Source: Candidatus Latescibacterota bacterium (GTDB lineage: Bacteria; Latescibacterota; UBA2968; UBA8231). From it: a stretch of 64,000 nucleotides of DNA. Every line of letters starts with the position of its first letter. Positions within the stretch are counted from its first letter, which is position 1. Below are positions 29,333 to 38,672 of this stretch, one piece after another. The notes under the pieces were generated by a model that did not search any database, had not been told where the DNA came from, and saw only the letters and a list, made by a program, of their open reading frames with translations. Where the stretch lies: positions 2,496,001-2,560,000 of the forward strand of contig CBDFJF010000002.1 of NCBI GenBank assembly GCA_965248265.1, written 5' to 3'. A program made the position numbers and the translations under genes.

Positions 29333-31336
29333 CTATTCTGAGCGCTTCATAGGGGGGAACGCATAGCTGGGGTCGTTAACGAAGCGCCGGGTGCCGACGT
29401 CGATACGAATCATCGTCGAGGGGGGCAACTCCACTCTCAGGTGGCGGCCGTCAACGGTCATAGTTTTCGCGGTCTGAACACGCTCGGCACGGGGCCACAT
29501 GGACGGATTCTCGTGTTTCGGATAGCTCTCTTCGTTGTAGCTGGCTTCCGTGAAGGCATGCTCCCCGTGGGTGCCGGCCTGCATGATCAGGATCCGACCT
29601 TCGGTCGGATGAAGATTAACGAGCTGGATCCCGGTGCGGTCATCCTGCAGGTCATCGACGAGGGCACCCACGTCCAGGGGGAGCCCGGGCCGGGAACGCT
29701 GTGAGTCAAAGAAGCGAACGCGTCCCAGCTGCATGCCGCCGTTGTATTGCGCCATCGGCGCACCCGTGGTCAGATGCACGAGGCCCTTGGCCGTAACCGT
29801 ATTCACGGGCCAGTAGTTGTCTTCGAGCTTTTCGGTGACACCGCGGGCGTCCAGACGTATGCAGTCCATCGAGCGCAGGGTCCACTCCAGGTCCGCCCGC
29901 ATCATCTGAGCAGGCCAGGCGTCATTTTGGCCGTCGTAGTAATTGAAGCGTGAGTGATCGGCCGAGCCGCCCTTGCCATCGCCACGCGGGACCACCTCGT
30001 TCCAGTCGGTCTCCTTGTCGCCTTCGCGCAACATGTAGATGAGCTCGCGATCCTCAGTTGACATCGAGGCGTGATACAGATGGTTTAGTTCCTTGAGCCC
30101 CATGGACCGGGGTTCCGCCCAGCCGTCGGGGCCGTAGCGGTTGGGGACTTGCAGCTGGCCATCCTCGCGCCGGGTTGCCTGTTCGAGGATCAGCTTGAGC
30201 TGCGAGCGCGGCAGGTCGAGGTAGCCGTCGTCACCACTGAGCAGCAGGGCGCACTCGGCGCCGACGGTGAGGGCGAACAGCATGCGGTCCCAACCGCCCC
30301 GGCGGTTCCAGCCCTGGACGCCGTTCCACCACAGACCATCGCGGTTCTCACCGATCTTTCCCGTCGGGCCGACGTTGTCCGGTAGTATCCCGTTGTTCTT
30401 TTCCGTGCGCTCCATCCACACGCCGACATAGTCGAGGACCCATTTTTTGTACTTCTCATCCCCGGTATAGAGGTAGGCGTTGGTCACCAGTCCCGTGGCG
30501 AGCAAGTTGGCTGGCTCGTCGCCGGTGAGGATGATGCGGTCAAAGAGATCCATGATCTCGTCGCGGCGCTCGGGATGCTCGAACCAGTTGCCTTCGAGGC
30601 GCTCGACAACAGGGTACAGGTGCGTGAACAGGGGCTCCACGCTGGGGCCGCGGTCGGAGCCGCGTCGGTGCCCGAAGTCGCCGAGTGAACCCGGATCGAG
30701 GAAGGAGCGCACCATCTCGAGCTCGCCGGTTACTTCACCGGTGCTGTGAATGAGCGGCGCGATGCCCCGCATCGTCAGCAATGGGCCCTGGCTGCTAGTG
30801 AATCCGGAGCGGAAGACTCTGTGCTCGGGGTCGTAATTCGGAGCTTGGGGGTCATCACCGGTGTACATGGCGGCGAATTTCTCGGCGCGGCGGATGTTCT
30901 CGACGATGGTCGGGTCGGCGAGGCCGAACTCGTAGAAGCTGGACGAGCCTTCGCCCATGTGGAACCAGTCATTGTTGAAGGCGACGGCGAAGTTCCACCA
31001 TTCGTTGCGCAGTTGCGGCATGAACATCGGATGTATGGGCTGGCCCGCCTGCGGGTTGATTTCTTCACTGTAAAATCGGGTAGCGGCATTCCATTCGCGG
31101 AGCGCCATCTCCAGGAGCCGCTGGTCGCCTCCCAAAGAGTAGAGCAGGGCGCGTCCGCAGCGGCTCTCGTAGACGTCGTCGACGTCGTGGATGAAATGCT
31201 CGTTGCCGGCAGCGTCTTCGAAGCGTTCGACGAACAGGTCGGTGGCAGCCTCTATGGTCGAGATGAGCTGACGTTGAACGACGGCCCATTCCGGTGGCGC
31301 CGCGATCTGGGTGGCTCGTATGCTGGGCATTTTCAT
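29333..31336 (-). CDS. Uncharacterised ~650-aa protein, paralogue 2
   Basis: DVDDVYE, DWFHMGEG, PDNVGPTGKIGENRDGLWW, QAGTHGEH, PSYAFP. Confidence 0.8.
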   Translation of the reverse strand: MKMPSIRATQIAAPPEWAVVQRQLISTIEAATDLFVERFEDAAGNEHFIHDVDDVYESRCGRALLYSLGGDQRLLEMALREWNAATRFYSEEINPQAGQPIHPMFMPQLRNEWWNFAVAFNNDWFHMGEGSSSFYEFGLADPTIVENIRRAEKFAAMYTGDDPQAPNYDPEHRVFRSGFTSSQGPLLTMRGIAPLIHSTGEVTGELEMVRSFLDPGSLGDFGHRRGSDRGPSVEPLFTHLYPVVERLEGNWFEHPERRDEIMDLFDRIILTGDEPANLLATGLVTNAYLYTGDEKYKKWVLDYVGVWMERTEKNNGILPDNVGPTGKIGENRDGLWWNGVQGWNRRGGWDRMLFALTVGAECALLLSGDDGYLDLPRSQLKLILEQATRREDGQLQVPNRYGPDGWAEPRSMGLKELNHLYHASMSTEDRELIYMLREGDKETDWNEVVPRGDGKGGSADHSRFNYYDGQNDAWPAQMMRADLEWTLRSMDCIRLDARGVTEKLEDNYWPVNTVTAKGLVHLTTGAPMAQYNGGMQLGRVRFFDSQRSRPGLPLDVGALVDDLQDDRTGIQLVNLHPTEGRILIMQAGTHGEHAFTEASYNEESYPKHENPSMWPRAERVQTAKTMTVDGRHLRVELPPSTMIRIDVGTRRFVNDPSYAFPPMKRSE

Positions 31337-31354
31337 GGTTTCGGCAGTCTCCGT

Positions 31355-33301
31355 TTACTGAAATGGAACCGGAATTTCGTCCCCGTGCCAGGGGAAGGCG
31401 TAACTCGGCTCGTTGACGAAGCGCGACATTCCGGCCTGCAGGCGAACGGCGGTCGCAGGCGGTAGATGCACGGAGAAGTGGCGCCCGTCGACCTGGGCGG
31501 AGTCGCCGTCGTCAGCGCTCACGCTCGTGAACTGGTGCTCGCCGAAGGCACCCGCCTGTACGATCACATTGCGCTCATCGGTCGAATTCAGGTTCACCAG
31601 TTGTATGCCTGTGCGGTTGGCAGCCAGCCCATCGACGAGGACGGCAACATCCGGCGGCACTCCCGGGCGGCCGCAATCCGGGTCGAAGTAACGGACCTGC
31701 GCTCTCAGCAAACCGCCGTTGTAGACAGCCTGCGGCGCCCCCATCATCACCTGGGTCAGCCCCTTGGTGAGTACCGGGTTCTGGGGAACATGATTGGCCT
31801 CGATCCGTTCGGCACGGCTGCGGGTATCGTTGCGCATGTCCTCGATGTGCTGCAATGCCCATCCGTACTCGGCGCGCAGGATCTGCTCCGGCCAGCCGGG
31901 GTTCTTGCCGTCGTAATAGTTGAAGCGTGCCAATTCTGTTTCGCCGCTGTTCTTCTCACTGGCCGCTTTTGCCGGAATCTCGTTCCAGTCGCGCTCGACA
32001 TCGCCATCCCGCACCCTGCATACAAGCTCGTAGTCCTCCTCAGACATGGATGCGTGGTAGAGATGGGCGAGTTCCTGCACGCGCATGGGGGCAGGACCGC
32101 TGAGGACGGATACCTCCGGTTGGGTGAGGCACCAGCCTTTTTCGTCGTAACGCCGCGGCACCAGCAGCTGGCCGTCCTCGCGTTTGATCGAGTTGTCCAG
32201 CAGAACGTTGAGCTGCGAGCGCAACAGTTCGAGATACTTGTAGTCCCCGGTCAGCAGAAGACAACACTCGGCGGCGATGTTGATGGCGTGGTAGATGATG
32301 TTGAAGCCCTGGTAGTGACCCCAGCCGTAGAAGCCGCCCCACCATACGCCGTCGCGGTGTTCACCGACCTTGCCCGTGGGTCCCACGTTGTCGGGGATGA
32401 CGCCGTTGTTCTGCTGGATGCGTTCCATCCAGGCCTCGGTGTACTCGAGGACCCATTGTTTGTACTTCTGATCACCTGTAGCCAGGTACGCATGGGTGAC
32501 CAATGCAGTCGCCGCCAGGTTGTTGGCCGAGTCGCAGTCGAGGACGATGTGCTCGAACAGCTTCAGGATTTCGTCGGCGCGCTCGGGCACCTTCCACCAG
32601 CCGTCCTCCAACTCCTCAACCACCGGGTAGAGACTGGCGCGTATGCCCATCGGCTTGGGCTCCCACTGGTCTGCCGGCGTTTTTTCGAGATTGCCGCCCT
32701 GTAGCATGGCCATGGCGACGACGAGGCGGGATTCGTGCCACGGTCCCTGGCCCGACTGCGCCGGTGAACGCAGGACACGGTGTTGCGGATCGTAGTTGGG
32801 GGCTTCCGGATCCTCACCGATGTACCACCCGGCGTACTGCCTGGCACGACGGACGTTCTCCGAGATTGTCGGGCAGGCCACGCCGAAGTCGTAGAAGGCC
32901 ATGTTGCCTTCGCCTTTGTGATGCCATTCTGCGTCACCAGGGTGAGACAGATCGTAGTATTCACGAGAGAGATTCTGACGAAACAAACGGTGATCTCGGT
33001 GTCGGATATCATTGGCACAGATGCGGGTGGAGGCGTTCCAGGCTGTCAGTGCCATGTCGAGGATGCCGTCGTCGGCACCCATGGCATAAAACAGGCCCCA
33101 GTTGTAGAAGGCCTCGTAGAAGTCATCGATGTCATCCGCCCAGATCGCCGTGCCGCTGGGTTCGGTGCAGCGCCGCATGTACTCGGGCGCAGCCCCTTCC
33201 ATGAGGGTTATCAACTGGCGTTCCAACAGCGCCCACCCCGGTGGGGCGCTGACGCGGGTCGCCTTGAGATTGACTAGGTCAGGCATTTCAACTGCGGGCA
33301 T
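31355..33301 (-). CDS. Uncharacterised ~650-aa protein, paralogue 3
   Basis: DIDDFYE, DAEWHHKGEGN, PDNVGPTGKVGEHRDGVWWGG, PSYAFPWHG..IPVPFQ. Confidence 0.8.
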   Translation of the reverse strand: MPAVEMPDLVNLKATRVSAPPGWALLERQLITLMEGAAPEYMRRCTEPSGTAIWADDIDDFYEAFYNWGLFYAMGADDGILDMALTAWNASTRICANDIRHRDHRLFRQNLSREYYDLSHPGDAEWHHKGEGNMAFYDFGVACPTISENVRRARQYAGWYIGEDPEAPNYDPQHRVLRSPAQSGQGPWHESRLVVAMAMLQGGNLEKTPADQWEPKPMGIRASLYPVVEELEDGWWKVPERADEILKLFEHIVLDCDSANNLAATALVTHAYLATGDQKYKQWVLEYTEAWMERIQQNNGVIPDNVGPTGKVGEHRDGVWWGGFYGWGHYQGFNIIYHAINIAAECCLLLTGDYKYLELLRSQLNVLLDNSIKREDGQLLVPRRYDEKGWCLTQPEVSVLSGPAPMRVQELAHLYHASMSEEDYELVCRVRDGDVERDWNEIPAKAASEKNSGETELARFNYYDGKNPGWPEQILRAEYGWALQHIEDMRNDTRSRAERIEANHVPQNPVLTKGLTQVMMGAPQAVYNGGLLRAQVRYFDPDCGRPGVPPDVAVLVDGLAANRTGIQLVNLNSTDERNVIVQAGAFGEHQFTSVSADDGDSAQVDGRHFSVHLPPATAVRLQAGMSRFVNEPSYAFPWHGDEIPVPFQ

Positions 33302-33362
33302 CGTCGGGGGTCCTCGTTCGGGGACGTCTTTGGCTGTGTCTCGCGAGTCGGCGCCGGGTGTG

Positions 33363-34520
33363 CTACTTCTTGTGTCTCTGCATTTCCTTCATGTACCACT
33401 GACCGCCGTAGAGGTCACGCTTGGAGTTCCAGCGATAGGGCACCGGCCACATTGGCTGCTCGCGTATCTCGGGCGGTAGTGGCAGGTGCATCGGAGCATG
33501 GGCGCGCCGTGCTGACTCCCTTAGGGCCAGGGTGATCTCGAAGGCCTGCTGCTGGTCGCGACCGCTGCAGCGCGGCTCGGTACCGTAGTCGATGGCGTCG
33601 ATGATCGACTGCACAGTATCGACAATGCGGCCGTCGGGCTCCAGCCAACCATCAGGTGACACCGCCGTCTCCTCTTGGGGTACGTTCGGCGCGAGTCCGA
33701 AGACCTCCTTCATGCCGCAGAACACGTCGTCGCTGCTCTCGTCTGTCTTCTGCCAGAAGCGCAGGCGGCGGCCGTCGCTGGCGAATACGCCTGTCGTCCC
33801 GACGACTTCGACTCCGCGCCGGGCACTGGCATTGACATGCACGGTCATCTCAATGCCGTTACCAAAGTGGATGAAGCCGCCGATGCCATTGAGGCCTTCG
33901 TCGCCGTCGCTGAAAGGATCGCCAGCCGTCTTACCGATTACCCATTCGGCATCGGCGTCCTTGCCGCTCTTGCCGCGGATGAATTGCCCGAGGGCGAACA
34001 TCTTTGCCCAGGCCAGGGCATTGCAGCCGCCCTGGACGATCTGGGTGAAACAGCTGATGCTGCGGACTTCGCCGATGGCGCCCTGAATGATGGCTTCCCG
34101 TGCGGCCCAGTTCTGCGGTCGCACGCGGTCGACGTTGCCGGCCTGGTATGGGACTCCCGCCTCGTCGCAGGCCTCGACCATGCGGTCCAGGTCGACGAGC
34201 CGTCCCGCGATCGGTTTCTCCGTCATGATGCCGCGCACGCCGGCTCTGGCGCTGGCGATGACGATCTCCGGGTTTGGCTTCACCGGTATGACAGTGGCGA
34301 CGATGTCGAGTTTCTCGTCGCGCAGCATCTGTCGATAATCGGTGTATCCGGCAGTGCCGAAGCGCTGGCAGAACAGGTCCAGGGTGTCCTGGGAACGGTT
34401 GCAGGCAGCGACGACCTCGGTAGCCGGATTTGTGGCGAAGGCGCGGGCGAAGAAGGTGCCCTGGCGGCCGGCACCGACGAGGCCCACGCGGTAGCGGCCT
34501 TCCATCAGATTCGCCGTCAT
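33363..34520 (-). CDS. Gfo/Idh/MocA oxidoreductase
   Basis: VGAGRQG, LDIV, MTEKPIA; ATGA overlap with the upstream gene. Confidence 0.85.
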   Translation of the reverse strand: MTANLMEGRYRVGLVGAGRQGTFFARAFATNPATEVVAACNRSQDTLDLFCQRFGTAGYTDYRQMLRDEKLDIVATVIPVKPNPEIVIASARAGVRGIMTEKPIAGRLVDLDRMVEACDEAGVPYQAGNVDRVRPQNWAAREAIIQGAIGEVRSISCFTQIVQGGCNALAWAKMFALGQFIRGKSGKDADAEWVIGKTAGDPFSDGDEGLNGIGGFIHFGNGIEMTVHVNASARRGVEVVGTTGVFASDGRRLRFWQKTDESSDDVFCGMKEVFGLAPNVPQEETAVSPDGWLEPDGRIVDTVQSIIDAIDYGTEPRCSGRDQQQAFEITLALRESARRAHAPMHLPLPPEIREQPMWPVPYRWNSKRDLYGGQWYMKEMQRHKK

Positions 34521-35650
34521 TTGCCGTAAAACCACGAGATGGGCAGCGCCCGTAGCTTGGCGCCGTAATAGCTGCCCCTGGCCGCTGGCTTGTTGTAGCG
34601 CCGGTCGTCGTAGCGCAGGAATGCCCGGTCGTCGATGAACCTGACTCGCGGATGACGAATGGTCCGGTGACCTGATGTGGGGTAGGGGCCGCTCTCCGGG
34701 CTGACTCCTGACGAGATCAAGAAAGCCGGTGGTTGGTCCGCGGGAATGCGATCGATGTTCTGCATGCCCTCGGTCTGAACTATAGTGCGGAAATGCTGCC
34801 AGCTGGCACCAGAGTCCACGGAGACAGCTGAGCTCAGCCGAGAGCGATAGAATCCGCCCAACGTTTCCTCAGCGTTGACCTGATTCCACACGCAGAGCAG
34901 ATCGCCCGTCTCCGGAAGGCGATCCAGCCAAATTTCCGAGCGGCTGCTGACCAGATCGTTGAACTCGCCCTGTTCCCAATGCACCCCACCGTCGCTACTG
35001 TAACTTTGGGCGATGCGTTGCATCTCCGTGCGCATGAACATGAGTAGCCTGCCGTCCGTTGTCTCGGCAACGCAGGGCGCCTCCACGAACGAGGCATATG
35101 CACCGCGATCCTGTTCGCAAACGAATACGGTGTCCGTGGATTCTGACCATGAGACCCCTTCGTCATCCGAATAGAAGGCCGTGCAGAGTTTCATACTGTT
35201 GTGGGGGAACTGGCGGGTGTCCTGTCCAAAGGCGTATTCGTTCGGCATGATCAGCCGCCCACTGCCGGTCTGCATCAAATAGGTGGGATAGGATGGTGTG
35301 CCAGGCCAGGTCACCAGCACCGGTTCGGACCAGGTCAGGCCTTCGTCCTCCGTTTTGCGGAACAGAGTTCGGACCTCGCGGGTGCCGACTGGGTCGGCGA
35401 GCCTTTGCCAGTAGTTGACGGCGATGGCGCCTGAGGCAAGGCGAATCACGCTCATGGGTTGGAAGGTATCGCCGGTGAGCGCCGGGTTTGCGGGTTCAGG
35501 GAGGGGACCCGATGGCTCCCACGTCCTGCCGTCGTCGGAGGAATGCAGCAGGTTGAGCTTTCCATCCAGGCCCAACAGCCGTCCATCCGTCAGCCGGATC
35601 GGTCCGACGAAGCCCGTGGGGATTTCTACCTCGAACAGGGGTTCCGACAC
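34517..35650 (-). CDS. BNR/Asp-box (sialidase-fold) beta-propeller protein, no signal peptide
   Basis: Asp boxes SSDDGRTW, TEDEGLTW, SDDEGVSW, SSDGGVHW, SVDSGASW; EAPCVAETTDGRLLMFMR. Confidence 0.85.
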   Translation of the reverse strand: MSEPLFEVEIPTGFVGPIRLTDGRLLGLDGKLNLLHSSDDGRTWEPSGPLPEPANPALTGDTFQPMSVIRLASGAIAVNYWQRLADPVGTREVRTLFRKTEDEGLTWSEPVLVTWPGTPSYPTYLMQTGSGRLIMPNEYAFGQDTRQFPHNSMKLCTAFYSDDEGVSWSESTDTVFVCEQDRGAYASFVEAPCVAETTDGRLLMFMRTEMQRIAQSYSSDGGVHWEQGEFNDLVSSRSEIWLDRLPETGDLLCVWNQVNAEETLGGFYRSRLSSAVSVDSGASWQHFRTIVQTEGMQNIDRIPADQPPAFLISSGVSPESGPYPTSGHRTIRHPRVRFIDDRAFLRYDDRRYNKPAARGSYYGAKLRALPISWFYGK

Positions 35651-35727
35651 TGTCTATCCCTCCTGAAGATGGATCTCAACGCCGGCCACAAGTATAGGGT
35701 AGACGGCCTGCTGCTGCAGACTATTAC

Positions 35728-36108
35728 TCAGTCGGTCGGCAAGGAGGCGGTGTAGTTGCGCCACCCCTTCCATTGAGTGATCTCTTGCATACCCTCGCAG
35801 AGGACGGGCTCGCCGAGCACGCCGAGGACCTCCTCATCATCGGCGAGCTGAACCTTGCCGATACACAGACCGGGCGGTTCCGAAATCAGCAGCGTTGCCA
35901 GTCCGGCCACGGGGACGGACCAGATCTCCAGCTGGATGGAGATGCCCCCAGAGGAGACTTTGAGCATCGCCGGATCGATCGACCACAATCGATAGCAGGG
36001 TGCGGTTGCTGCCTCTCGAACAAACAGACCGCCGACTTCTGTCAGATTGCCGCTTAGCTCCAGGCCTCGCATCAATGTACCGTTGACGGCGAGATCGATC
36101 GATTTCAC
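35728..36108 (-). CDS. Stand-alone allophanate hydrolase C-terminal-like (GGCT-fold) protein
   Basis: LAVNGTLMRGLEL, TAPCYRLWSI, EPPGLCIGKVQLADD, ITQWKGWRNY; GGAGG RBS before GTG. Confidence 0.75.
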   Translation of the reverse strand: MKSIDLAVNGTLMRGLELSGNLTEVGGLFVREAATAPCYRLWSIDPAMLKVSSGGISIQLEIWSVPVAGLATLLISEPPGLCIGKVQLADDEEVLGVLGEPVLCEGMQEITQWKGWRNYTASLPTD

Positions 36109-36203
36109 TGTTGTTGTCCTCCCTGGCGGGTTCACTATAGTTTCCGGGCTGCTCACAGACTGGTGCGCCACAAGATTGCGTAGTATCAGACCCTGGGCAA
36201 GCC

Positions 36204-38672
36204 ATGTACAAGAGGGTGAACTTGGAAGATACCGAGAACGAAACGCTCACTACAGCAGGTTATCTCGGACGGGTCGCGGTATTCGCCGCCAGTTATTACC
36301 TGGCGGGGAAGAGTGGTCTGTTGCCTGCAATATCGCCCGGATATGCCACCGCCATCTGGCCTGCCTCTGGCGTTGCCCTGGCAGCCATCCTGCTGTTCGG
36401 TTACCGCATGTGGCCGGCTATTCTGTTGGGTGCGATCCTGATCAATGGGGAATTGTCGATCGATGGCTACGCGCAAGGTCCGCTGAAGTGGACGGTAGTC
36501 ACGCTCAGCGTCGCTGTGGGATCCACGCTTCAGGCCGTCGCCAGTGCTTTTCTGATTCGCCGATTCGTGGGCTTTCCCAACCCCCTAAATCAGGAGAGTG
36601 CGATACTGCGCTTTCTGGTTTTGGGAAGTCCGATCGGATGTTTGATCGCTCCTACGTGGGGCGCTGTGACCCTGCTCGTGAGTGGCGATCATCAATGGAC
36701 AACGCTACCACTCGACTGGTTCACGTGGTGGGTCGGCGACGCGATCGGCGTGCTGATTTTTACACCCTTGATTCTGGTGTGGTTTGCCAGGCCTCGAAAG
36801 CTCTGGAGACCGCGCCGCTTTTCTTTGACCCTGGCCCTCGGCATTGCCTTCTCGCTCACGGTGTCCGTCTTCATGCTTGCCAGCGAGTGGGAGAGTAAAC
36901 GGCAGCGTCTAGAATTCCAACAACAAGCGAGCAGAATCACCTACAACCTGGAACTGCATCTCAGAGGTTACATCGAGGTGCTGCATTCAATCGACAACCT
37001 GTACAGCAGTTCCAGCGACGTGTCGCGGGAGAATTTTCGCGCCTTTGTGCGGCGGCATTACCAGCGACTTCACGCTATCCAGGCACTTGAATGGATTCCG
37101 TACGTGAGCGATAAGCGCAGAGCACATTTCGAGCAGGAAGCACGTCGGGATGGGCTCACCGGATTCCGAATCACCGAGCGGTCTGCTCAAAAGACCATGA
37201 TCCCTGCTGCCCAGCGCGCGGAATACTACCCGGTGTACTACGTGGAGCCGTTGGAGGGTAATGAAGCTGCTCTAGGATTCGATCTGGCGTCCAGCGCGAC
37301 CAGGCTGGCCGCACTGAATGAGGCACGTGACAGTGGTGCCAACGTTGCGACCGCACCCATAACGCTCGTTCAGGAGAAGGGTAGTCAGGCCGCCTTCCTG
37401 GTATTCCTGCCGGTGTACCATGCAGGCCGCGATGTGGCTCCGACTTCCGTGCCCGAACGCCGTGATAGCTTGCGCGGATTCGTCCTGGGGGTCTTTCGCA
37501 GCGGTGACGTGATTGAGGATGCGGCTCTGGCTGATCTGGCCTCCTCAGGAATCGAACTGTTGGTTGAGGATCGAGCCGCTGTCGCCGGAACGGAAGTCCT
37601 GTACGACAACCGCTCGCACGGCAGTACGCCCCAGGTAAGGCCGGAGTCGGCGGTCAACGAAGTGAGGACAACAACCGATATCGAGGTGGGCGGTCGGCGG
37701 TGGCATCTGAGTTTCACCCCAACACCCGGGTACCTCGCGGCGCAGGCAACGTGGCACCTGTGGATGGTGCTCATCGGCGGTGTCCTGTTTTCGGGGCTTC
37801 TCGGAGCCTTGTTGTTGATGATGTCCGGCCGTACAGAGCGCATTACGCAGCTGGTTGAGGAGCGCACGATCGAGCTCACTCGGGTCAACGCCGACCTTAC
37901 CACGGAGATCACCGAGCGTCGGCGTATCCAACAGGAACTGGTCGAAGCCAAGCTGGTTGCCGAGAAGGCCGATCGGACCAAGAGTGAATTCCTGGCCAAT
38001 ATGAGCCACGAGCTCAGGACGCCGCTCAACGCGATAATCGGCTATAGTGAGATCCTGAAGGAGGACGCGGACGAGGCCCAGCAGACGTCGGCGTCTAAAG
38101 ATCTTAGCCAGATCCAGACCGCGGGACATCATCTGCTCGGTCTAATCAACGACGTCCTCGACCTGTCAAAAGTCGAGGCTGGCCGCATGGAGGTATCGCT
38201 TGAGCGTTTCGAGCCGCAGAGTTTGATCAACGAAGTAGTAGCCATGGTTGAACCGCTCGTGGAGAGGAACGACAACAAACTCGAAGTAGAGATCGTCGAC
38301 GCCGGAACCATGTACACGGATCAAACCAAACTGCGCCAGATTCTGTTCAACCTGCTGTCGAACGCGGCCAAATTCACTCAGCAAGGCTCGATCGTGCTCC
38401 GATGCAAGTCCCTGCAGGACGCGGGAACAACCTGGCTGGAATTTCAAGTCACTGACAGTGGCATCGGCATGACGGAGGCACAAATGGGGCAGGTGTTCGA
38501 GGCCTTCTCTCAAGCGGACTCATCGACGACGCGGCATTACGGTGGAACCGGATTGGGACTGACCATCACCAAGAGCTTTTGTGAGCTCCTGGGCGGTAAG
38601 ATAGCGGCTGAAAGCAAGATGGGTGTGGGATCGACATTTACCGTGCGCGTGCCGGCGACTATCCCGGAGTGA
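36204..38672 (+). CDS. Sensor histidine kinase, MASE1-CHASE-HisKA-HATPase
   Basis: MASE1 (IWPASGVALA, WWVGDAIG), CHASE (PLEGNEAALGFDL, APITLVQ), FLANMSHELRTPL, YGGTGLGL. Confidence 0.93.
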   Translation: MYKRVNLEDTENETLTTAGYLGRVAVFAASYYLAGKSGLLPAISPGYATAIWPASGVALAAILLFGYRMWPAILLGAILINGELSIDGYAQGPLKWTVVTLSVAVGSTLQAVASAFLIRRFVGFPNPLNQESAILRFLVLGSPIGCLIAPTWGAVTLLVSGDHQWTTLPLDWFTWWVGDAIGVLIFTPLILVWFARPRKLWRPRRFSLTLALGIAFSLTVSVFMLASEWESKRQRLEFQQQASRITYNLELHLRGYIEVLHSIDNLYSSSSDVSRENFRAFVRRHYQRLHAIQALEWIPYVSDKRRAHFEQEARRDGLTGFRITERSAQKTMIPAAQRAEYYPVYYVEPLEGNEAALGFDLASSATRLAALNEARDSGANVATAPITLVQEKGSQAAFLVFLPVYHAGRDVAPTSVPERRDSLRGFVLGVFRSGDVIEDAALADLASSGIELLVEDRAAVAGTEVLYDNRSHGSTPQVRPESAVNEVRTTTDIEVGGRRWHLSFTPTPGYLAAQATWHLWMVLIGGVLFSGLLGALLLMMSGRTERITQLVEERTIELTRVNADLTTEITERRRIQQELVEAKLVAEKADRTKSEFLANMSHELRTPLNAIIGYSEILKEDADEAQQTSASKDLSQIQTAGHHLLGLINDVLDLSKVEAGRMEVSLERFEPQSLINEVVAMVEPLVERNDNKLEVEIVDAGTMYTDQTKLRQILFNLLSNAAKFTQQGSIVLRCKSLQDAGTTWLEFQVTDSGIGMTEAQMGQVFEAFSQADSSTTRHYGGTGLGLTITKSFCELLGGKIAAESKMGVGSTFTVRVPATIPE

